NCBI GenBank assembly: GCA_964497535.1
Contig: CAZCCG010000002.1
Coordinates: 234,972 to 298,971, forward strand
DNA length: 64,000 nt
DNA from: an uncultured Gammaproteobacteria bacterium
Lineage (GTDB): Bacteria; Patescibacteriota; Microgenomatia; Levybacterales; UBA12049
Reading direction: 5' to 3'
The notes under the pieces are model-generated. The model ran no database searches, was not told the DNA's origin, and was given only the letters and a program-made list of their open reading frames with translations. Shown here in pieces: positions 57,867-64,000 of the stretch. The first letter of the stretch is position 1, and each line of letters opens with the position of its first letter. The translations under genes were made by a program, and so were the position numbers.

Positions 57867-58139
57867 ATGGGTCAAGGATATACACCTACCTTGGAAGGAT
57901 GGCCTGAGTGCCTGAGCACAGGAGGGAGTCGAGAAACTCTCTTACGACGGCTTGAGAGCGACAGGCAGCTTTACTGGATACGGCCACACCTGATCCAACG
58001 ATTTGGCAGTCTCGAAGCATCGCTGGACTTTATCACTACTCCCCGCAACGACCTGGATGGAAGGACGCTTTGGCAAGCGTTTGGATCGTTTCGGCCAGGA
58101 GAAGTGTTGGTAGTCCAGGATATCCTCAGGCGTCAGTAG
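57867..58139 (+). CDS. Hypothetical protein (90 aa).
   Basis: SD GAGGAA 8 nt upstream of ATG. MGQGYTPTLEGWPECLSTGG... Same strand and composition as the rest of the cassette. Confidence 0.5.
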   Translation: MGQGYTPTLEGWPECLSTGGSRETLLRRLESDRQLYWIRPHLIQRFGSLEASLDFITTPRNDLDGRTLWQAFGSFRPGEVLVVQDILRRQ

Positions 58140-58199
58140 CGAAATGATTCGTAGGGAAACCGCCTTCTTCCCTGCACATCGCCGAAAGGAATAAGCATC

Positions 58200-58796
58200 A
58201 TGGCCGACGATCAGACTAAGGCACATCAATGCTCTTTGTGCAAAACACCTGAAGATCAGGTAAAACTTATAGCTTGCCCCGAAGGCAGCTACTTCTGCGC
58301 CATCTGCGCTCAAAAATGGGCAGACGCCGCGATGGATTTGATCGGCGAAGACCCAATACAGCTTACAGACGCAGATATCGACGAGATCAGTCTTCGTATG
58401 CTCGCTGGGGAATCTGGCCAACCGCTTGAACTCGATGCACTTGGTATGCCTCGAGGACTACGGATCTCTGAAGATAGCTGGAGGGAAATCAAGCAGCACG
58501 TAAACGAAGTACTAGCAAGGAGTACGCCGATGGAACCGCAGGTATGCAAGTCTTACGAAGAAGCCAATCGGGTCAAAGACCGCCACCTACGAGAGCTCGT
58601 AGTACCTTTGACACTTACCGTGGGCGTATACAGCCGCTCCCGGGAAGAGGGAGACCCCGAACAATGGGTAATCGTAGTAGGACTCCGCAGGGAACCTACA
58701 GACCAAGAGCTGCAAGATCTTCCCATGGAGCTTGAAGGCATCCCTGTGCTGTATGAAAGAGAAGGGAGATCACAAGCAGCAAAGAAATCTGTCTAA
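58200..58796 (+). CDS. Cys-rich zinc-ribbon/zinc-finger protein (198 aa), function unknown.
   Basis: SD AAGGAA before ATG. N-terminal CSLC-x11-C-x6-CAIC cluster (C11, C14, C26, C33, C36). Acidic C-terminal half. Confidence 0.55.
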   Translation: MADDQTKAHQCSLCKTPEDQVKLIACPEGSYFCAICAQKWADAAMDLIGEDPIQLTDADIDEISLRMLAGESGQPLELDALGMPRGLRISEDSWREIKQHVNEVLARSTPMEPQVCKSYEEANRVKDRHLRELVVPLTLTVGVYSRSREEGDPEQWVIVVGLRREPTDQELQDLPMELEGIPVLYEREGRSQAAKKSV

Positions 58797-58816
58797 CTAT
58801 CAACGCAACCTACACC

Positions 58817-58852
58817 GCCCCCGAGGCTTCAGCTGAGGGGGCTTTTTTTATT
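58817..58852 (+). terminator. Rho-independent terminator: GCCCCC-(14 nt loop)-GGGGGC followed by T8.
   Basis: GC stem 58817-58822 / 58837-58842 plus TTTTTTTTAT tail, 20 nt after the zinc-ribbon gene stop. Confidence 0.7.
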
Positions 58853-58877
58853 TACAGATTCAAACTATAAAGCTCTA

Positions 58878-61010
58878 CTATTGATCTGAATTTGAAACTG
58901 GAAGAGTAATGTCTTCTCCAGTTCTTGCCGTATGGCTCACTAAAACCCGAGTGGGAATACCGTCTTTCTTCATCACCATACTTCCTCCATTAGAACCGCT
59001 GAGTTTGGCATCATATTTTTGTTCTATTCCTTCAACAGCATGATATGTCGTGCTGCTATATATTTTGCTACAACATTCATCATAAAAAGTGTTTTTCAGC
59101 GCTCCACTACTGATGCTACTTGCAGGGTCATATATTCTGCTGATTGTTGTGCTCAGTTGTAATCCCGGAAATGTTTGTAGTTTTGCTTTAAGCTCCGGGG
59201 TCAGAGGAAGAAATGTAGTCCCAATTGGTACAAATGTATCGGGTATGACATTTTCAAGATATACATTTTGTAGGTATGAATTTCGTGAATCATTGGTAAT
59301 CCCCAGTATTACTTGTGCAAGTACAGAGAGCATTTCATTCTCTCTTTTCGTATCAATTTTATTGGGATTTATAGAAATGAGATACCCGTTTGTATCCTGG
59401 ACTATTTTTTGCCCTGTAGGAGAATAGAGTGTTCCTCTTTTTCCTACCTGAGAAGTATAGGTAAAAGTAGTACCGGGAGTGAATTTATGCAGTAATAGAT
59501 CCCAATCCCACACAATTTTCCATTGTCCGTTTTCATTGACCAAGTTCATTGTTTTATCTTCTGAAAATGCACCAAGGTCTTGTGTTTTATAGATGACATG
59601 AAACTGTACTGATCCGTGGTTTCCAAAAAGAGGAATGGTTCGCTTTTTTTCAGAAACGGTTATATTTTTTACAGTAGCATTGATCAGTGCATTTTGTGCA
59701 ATTTTTCTAAATTGTTCTTGTGTCAACCCATTTTTGCTTGTCTGGGAAATATCTTCTGCATAGATGTCATGGAAATATTGATGGGAAAAATTATAGTAAT
59801 AATCCTGTATCGTAAATGGCTGGGTCGTTACCAGAAGCCAAGTAGTATAAAACAATCCCCCGCATGCCACAATAACAAAAAGAACTAATCCCACAGGTCG
59901 AAGCAGATACTTTTTAAATGCCTGCGCAAAAAGTAAATAGAGGATTGGAACAAAAAGAATTGTATAGCGGACATAAAAAGGAATATTGGTATAGATAAGA
60001 AGAGTTACTAACAAGAAAACGCATATTCCTTTGAGGAAAATATCTTTCTTTCGAGTTATGAGAGTTTTAACAGCAACACCAATACCTGCTACTGTAACAA
60101 TCGGCAGAAAAATCCACCATTCCCTGATCTTCTGAAAGGCTCCAGTAACAACATCTGGAAAATATCCAATAAGAATAGCATCCCATACAGACAAACGAAA
60201 CAATTGATTCTTGCCGTTGTAGTAAACCGATGCCATGTACTTATGCAGCTTGAGATAGTCCAGGATGGTATGACCCATAGCAAAATATCGAAAGTAAGGA
60301 ATAAATACTCCAACCACAAATGTAGCTAAAAATACTATGATAAAAATAAATCTCTTTTTGTAGAAAAGATAAACCAACTCCAAACAAAGAATTACAGGAA
60401 CCAGAAGCGGCGGCTTTGTTTCTGTAAAAAATCCCAGACTCAATCCGCTGATCCCAATCCATAGATACCTTATTTTGTGATTGGTATCGGTAACTGCATA
60501 GAAAAGAAAAAGAAAATTAATAAGGAGAAAAAGAAGCTGCAACAGATCCAGAGTGGTAGTCGTAAAATGAGTATAAACAAACGGCTCAACTACCAGTAAC
60601 GTTGTAGTCATCAGAGCTATTTTTTTATTTTTTAGTAATGCTTTGGCAAAAAAATAGAATGCTACAATAGTACCTATTCCAGTCAAAAATGCGAAGTAAA
60701 TGGGATTATGCAATAGGATAATACTTATGCCGATTAAATAGATTCCAACAGGAGGTTTATTGGCATTTGTCGTTTCGATACTGTCTCCCTGCATCATGCG
60801 ATATCCAGCATAACTATAAATTCCATCATCACCGATGATGCGTTGGGACAAAGGCAATGTCCACTGAGAATGTTCCATTCTATCTTTCCAATAAGAAACG
60901 TTATACTCCTGCAAAAAAAGATATCGGTTAAAATATAGTAATTGAAGAAATTGAAGAATAATGATTGCGAGGCAAAATAAGAAGAGCCGATTTTTTGTAA
61001 TAAAAGTCAT
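58878..61010 (-). CDS. Large membrane protein (710 aa): N-terminal polytopic GT-C-like domain (GDDGIYSYAGY loop motif) plus C-terminal soluble domain of about 330 aa.
   Basis: Long ORF. About 12 TM in the first 390 aa. IGDDGIYSYAGYRMMQG after TM1 resembles the acidic first-loop motif of GT-C enzymes. Confidence 0.55.
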   Translation of the reverse strand: MTFITKNRLFLFCLAIIILQFLQLLYFNRYLFLQEYNVSYWKDRMEHSQWTLPLSQRIIGDDGIYSYAGYRMMQGDSIETTNANKPPVGIYLIGISIILLHNPIYFAFLTGIGTIVAFYFFAKALLKNKKIALMTTTLLVVEPFVYTHFTTTTLDLLQLLFLLINFLFLFYAVTDTNHKIRYLWIGISGLSLGFFTETKPPLLVPVILCLELVYLFYKKRFIFIIVFLATFVVGVFIPYFRYFAMGHTILDYLKLHKYMASVYYNGKNQLFRLSVWDAILIGYFPDVVTGAFQKIREWWIFLPIVTVAGIGVAVKTLITRKKDIFLKGICVFLLVTLLIYTNIPFYVRYTILFVPILYLLFAQAFKKYLLRPVGLVLFVIVACGGLFYTTWLLVTTQPFTIQDYYYNFSHQYFHDIYAEDISQTSKNGLTQEQFRKIAQNALINATVKNITVSEKKRTIPLFGNHGSVQFHVIYKTQDLGAFSEDKTMNLVNENGQWKIVWDWDLLLHKFTPGTTFTYTSQVGKRGTLYSPTGQKIVQDTNGYLISINPNKIDTKRENEMLSVLAQVILGITNDSRNSYLQNVYLENVIPDTFVPIGTTFLPLTPELKAKLQTFPGLQLSTTISRIYDPASSISSGALKNTFYDECCSKIYSSTTYHAVEGIEQKYDAKLSGSNGGSMVMKKDGIPTRVLVSHTARTGEDITLPVSNSDQ

Positions 61011-61020
61011 AAATTCTAGT

Positions 61021-61461
61021 TTAAACTAAATCTTTTACCTGCTCTCCTCTATTTATATATATTTCAATAATTGCTTTGTGTCCGGGTAAAATATTTTGAG
61101 GTAAATGTTCAAAAGAGTACCACTCCCATCCTTTGCATTTTTCAGGTTCTTTATTTTCAGGCTCTCCAATTACATTTTTTGCCACCATACCGAAGTGGAT
61201 AAAATTATAGCTATCTTGTAATTCTCTAACTACCCCAACATATTCCAATTCCTCTATTGCCAATCCGCATTCTTCTTCCAATTCTCTTTTTGCCGCATCC
61301 GTAATGGCCTCTTGAAGTTCTATCCTTCCTCCTGGCAACCCAAACCACCCTGCTCTGTAGGCATTGATCCTTTCACCCAGCAAAACCTCCCCCTGCGAAT
61401 TTGTAACAATAACTGCAACTCCTATATGTTCTTTTTGAGTAGAAACTTGTTCCTCTGCCAT
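61021..61461 (-). CDS. NUDIX hydrolase.
   Basis: Perfect Nudix box GGRIELQEAITDAAKRELEEECGL (G-x5-E-x7-REUxEExGU). 146 aa. Confidence 0.85.
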   Translation of the reverse strand: MAEEQVSTQKEHIGVAVIVTNSQGEVLLGERINAYRAGWFGLPGGRIELQEAITDAAKRELEEECGLAIEELEYVGVVRELQDSYNFIHFGMVAKNVIGEPENKEPEKCKGWEWYSFEHLPQNILPGHKAIIEIYINRGEQVKDLV

Positions 61462-61510
61462 GTGGACAATTATATATGATGATGAATTGAAAAGGTAGAA
61501 GGGACTGTGT

Positions 61511-61540
61511 CAATCTCAACCTAAAAACCCAAGCACTGTA
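61511..61540 (-). terminator. Weak candidate intrinsic terminator for the stress-protein gene (CCAAG-cactgta-CTTGG, then GTTTTT on the minus strand).
   Basis: Short stem, modest U tract. Low confidence. Confidence 0.25.
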
Positions 61541-61574
61541 CTTGGATCTTTAGGAACAACCCACCAAAACGAGG

Positions 61575-62266
61575 TTAAGAAATTTTCTTCCTGCGCTTTC
61601 GTGAGCGTGTTGTTCCGCCCTTTGCTCCCATTGTCATATATGAACCTTTATCAAATCGGGATCTCGGAACATAATTCTCATCGATATCTGCATCAACTTC
61701 TCGTCTCATAAATCGATCCATAGGTTGAGTTACGGAATTGATATCGGTTGCACCATTTTGTTCCATGATATTCCATACTTCGTCTTCCCGATCGGCATAT
61801 GTTGGTACCGCCAGAAGAATCGCACCTTCACGAATTTTGCTTTCATATACTTCTGCCTGTTCCCGTGGAATTCCAAAACCCATAAGTGCTCCGATAATTC
61901 CTCCTGCTACTGCTCCTGTCGCGGCACCTGATACGGTAGTTGCTGCTGCTCCGGTAAGACCAAGCGCTGCTGCCAAAGGACCACCAATGAGAATCCCTCC
62001 AATGCCAGGAATTGCTATGGTACCTACTCCTACTAATAAACCTGCAATACCACCGACAACTGCCCCTGTGGTAGCACCGGTAACTGCTCCCTCTGCAACA
62101 TCTACTCCGGTTGTATCGGAAATATCATGCGCTTCATCTGTATCACGCATAACAAGGGAAATATCTTTGGTGCGATATCCTGCAGTTTCCAGATCGGAAA
62201 TGGCGTTTTCCGCATTATCACGATTTGTATAAATACCAAATATTGTTTTTGCAATTTGCATCATAT
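61575..62266 (-). CDS. General-stress-protein-like (YflT/DUF1269-type N-terminal domain) with Gly/Ala-rich glycine-zipper membrane segment. About 230 aa.
   Basis: Start set at ATGATG with SD AGGAGGTG 5 nt upstream (the track's start at 62288 lacks an SD). N-terminal IFGIYTNRDNAENAISDLETAGYRTKDISLV. Central GAVTGATTGAVVGGIAGLLVGVG...GGIIGALMG repeats. Confidence 0.55.
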
Positions 62267-62384
62267 TCACCTCCTTTAAAACTCTCATTCCATTCTAAAA
62301 AAGGGAAATAAAATCTAAACAATAATTACGTAAGAGTTAAGAAAGAGTACGTCTACGGCCAAGTGCTTTACGCTTTACGCTTAA

Positions 62385-64000
62385 TTAGTCTGCTTTATAT
62401 GGGGAGGGTGCGTGAAGTACAGGACGTTGAGAAGCATGTGACTCATGTCCCTTTATTACTAATGGTTTTTTGAAAGCAACAGGTAATATTTCATCCATAT
62501 GGCTTACGAATACAAATTTGAGATCCCGCAATACTTCTTTTGGCACATCTTCCAAATCTTTCTTGTTTTCTTTCGGCAGGATTATAGTCTTGAGCCCTGC
62601 CCGATGAGCTGCTATTACTTTCTCTTTTACTCCTCCAATTTCTAAGACCCGTCCGCGAAGGGTTACTTCCCCTGTCATTCCTACTTTGCGATTCACAGGG
62701 ATTTTGGTAAGGGCCGATAAAATCGCGGTGGTTATTGCCCCTCCTGCTGAAGGACCATCTTTGGGAACAGCACCTTCCGGTACATGAACGTGTACATCGA
62801 GCTTATTATAAAACCCTTCTGCCAAACCAAATTGCTTTGCTCGTGCACGAATATATGAAAGTGCCGCTTGGCATGATTCCTTCATAACATCTCCCAGCTG
62901 TCCCGTAAGAAGCAGATGTCCATGTCCGGGCATCAGAGCTACTTCTATAAAAAGGATATCTCCGCCTGCTTCAGTCCATGCAAGGCCGGTGGACATACCG
63001 AATTCGTCCTTCTTTTCAATTAGTGTAGAACGATACCGAATGGTTCCCAAATATTTCGTGACATCGGATTCAGTTATAACGGTCTTACCTTTCTTCCCTT
63101 CAGCCACTTTTCTGGCAACTTTTCTAAAAAGTGTAGCGAGTTGTCGTTCAAGATTTCGTACCCCTGCCTCACGGGTGAAATGATTAATAACAAAGCGGAC
63201 TGCGTCATCGCTGACTTCTACCTTACTATCTGAAAGGCCATGCATTTCCATTTGTTTTTTGACAAGAAAATTTTTGGCTATCTGGAATTTCTCATCATGG
63301 GTATATCCGGCAAAATGGATAATTTCCAAACGATCACGGAGAGCAGGAGGAATGGTATCCAATACGTTGGCTGTTGTCACAAACATAACATTTGAGAGAT
63401 CAAATGGTGCTTCCAGATAATGATCTGAGAATTGACTGTTTTGCTCAGGATCAAGTGCTTCCAACAGCGCTGATGAAGGATCACCACGAAAATCTGTACC
63501 AACTTTATCTATTTCATCAAGCATAAAAACCGGATTTTTGGTTCCTGCGTCTTTGATGCCTTGGATAATGCGTCCCGGAAGGGCACCTACATAGGTTCGT
63601 CTATGTCCTCGAATTTCAGCCTCATCACGAATTCCTCCCAGTGATACTCGAACAAATTCACGACCCAATGCGCGCGCAATTGATTTCCCAATCGATGTCT
63701 TTCCTACTCCTGGTGGTCCGACAAAACACAAGATGGGTCCTTTCATTTTCCCGGAGAGTTTGTGTACTGCCAGGTATTCCAGAATCCGCTCTTTTGCCTT
63801 TTGCAATCCATAATGATCTTCATCCAATGTCTTTTCGGCTGTCTTAATATCAACACTATCTTTGCTTTCCTTACTCCAGGGAAGACTTACTAACCATTCC
63901 AGATAATTCCGAATATAACCGGCTTCCGGATTGAATTGATTCATTTGAGCAAGTTTGCGGACTTCCTTACGTGCTTTATCTTCTACTTCTTCAGGCATCC
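62385..64000 (-). CDS. lon: ATP-dependent Lon protease (La), C-terminal about 540 aa. N-terminus lies beyond window end.
   Basis: Walker [16 protein letters not shown]. Walker [10 protein letters not shown]. Proteolytic domain [20 protein letters not shown] (catalytic Ser) and downstream Lys. Strong collinearity with Lon. ORF runs to the window edge. Confidence 0.9.
   Translation of the reverse strand, partial: MPEEVEDKARKEVRKLAQMNQFNPEAGYIRNYLEWLVSLPWSKESKDSVDIKTAEKTLDEDHYGLQKAKERILEYLAVHKLSGKMKGPILCFVGPPGVGKTSIGKSIARALGREFVRVSLGGIRDEAEIRGHRRTYVGALPGRIIQGIKDAGTKNPVFMLDEIDKVGTDFRGDPSSALLEALDPEQNSQFSDHYLEAPFDLSNVMFVTTANVLDTIPPALRDRLEIIHFAGYTHDEKFQIAKNFLVKKQMEMHGLSDSKVEVSDDAVRFVINHFTREAGVRNLERQLATLFRKVARKVAEGKKGKTVITESDVTKYLGTIRYRSTLIEKKDEFGMSTGLAWTEAGGDILFIEVALMPGHGHLLLTGQLGDVMKESCQAALSYIRARAKQFGLAEGFYNKLDVHVHVPEGAVPKDGPSAGGAITTAILSALTKIPVNRKVGMTGEVTLRGRVLEIGGVKEKVIAAHRAGLKTIILPKENKKDLEDVPKEVLRDLKFVFVSHMDEILPVAFKKPLVIKGHESHASQRPVLHAPSPYKAD

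Noticed and set aside
57942-58421. 159-aa minus-strand ORF (and the 73-aa minus-strand ORF at 57664-57885) inside the G+C-rich cassette
   Set aside because: They overlap the plus-strand genes, which have Shine-Dalgarno sites, matching promoters and terminators. High G+C favours long spurious antisense ORFs. No SD seen.
58310-58741. Minus-strand ORFs 58310-58549 and 58553-58741, and plus-strand ORF 58544-58735 (Arg/Ser-rich)
   Set aside because: All are alternative frames of the Cys-rich gene 58200-58796. Their compositionally biased sequences are typical of out-of-frame translation of G+C-rich DNA.
61738-62232. 164-aa plus-strand ORF rich in Pro/Ala/Thr
   Set aside because: It is the antisense frame of the Gly/Ala-rich stress-protein gene. 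That composition yields long open antisense frames.
1-64000. CRISPR arrays, IS elements, transposases, integrases, rRNA genes
   Set aside because: No regularly spaced direct repeats were seen, and no DDE or tyrosine/serine-recombinase motifs were found in any ORF. The only repeats are the paralogous genes and the roughly 95-bp pair at 55.3 and 55.9 kb.

Overview
AT-rich bacterial window (roughly 31-35% G+C by eye in most genes). Its compact, overlapping gene layout and gene content suggest a Candidate-Phyla-Radiation/Microgenomates-like genome, which is inference only. About 54 kb of it is one huge cell-surface glycosylation supercluster arranged as three long, tightly packed, mostly minus-strand operons (1-11.9 kb, 13.5-31 kb, 32.7-54 kb). 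The supercluster holds at least 11 GT2 (polyprenyl-phosphate sugar synthase-like) glycosyltransferases, at least 5 GT-B/GT4 glycosyltransferases, 2 Wzx-type flippases, and about 20 large polytopic membrane proteins. Many of the membrane proteins carry hallmarks of GT-C glycosyltransferases. These comprise 4 GT39/PMT-like paralogs with a DE motif, 3 paralogs of an unassigned 'family B', 2 PTPS-related (PF10131-like) paralogs, and YfhO-like, ArnT-like, DUF2029/GT87-like and PIG-V-like members. Sugar-nucleotide tailoring enzymes are also present. These are an E1/RfbH-like PMP-dependent 3-dehydrase (His in place of Lys, with a C-X58-C-X1-C-X10-C motif), extended SDRs, an RmlD-like reductase, GalE, a DegT-family aminotransferase and a GNAT acyltransferase. 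Downstream of the supercluster lies a tRNA-Glu(CUC) gene. It is preceded by a small GIY-YIG nuclease gene whose stop codon sits inside the tRNA, and by a partial 5' tRNA duplicate carrying a 51-nt nested palindrome. After the tRNA comes a roughly 4.4-kb mosaic zone. It contains two divergent paralogous small membrane proteins, a small repeat-protein gene flanked by roughly 95-bp imperfect direct repeats, an alpha/beta hydrolase, and a conspicuously G+C-richer (about 50%) four-gene plus-strand cassette. The cassette has two near-consensus sigma70-like promoters that share an identical downstream 12-mer, two strong intrinsic terminators, an HTH protein and a Cys-rich zinc-ribbon protein. The window ends with another GT-C-like membrane protein, a NUDIX hydrolase, a glycine-zipper stress-protein-like gene and the C-terminal two-thirds of Lon protease. 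No CRISPR array, transposase or integrase was seen.
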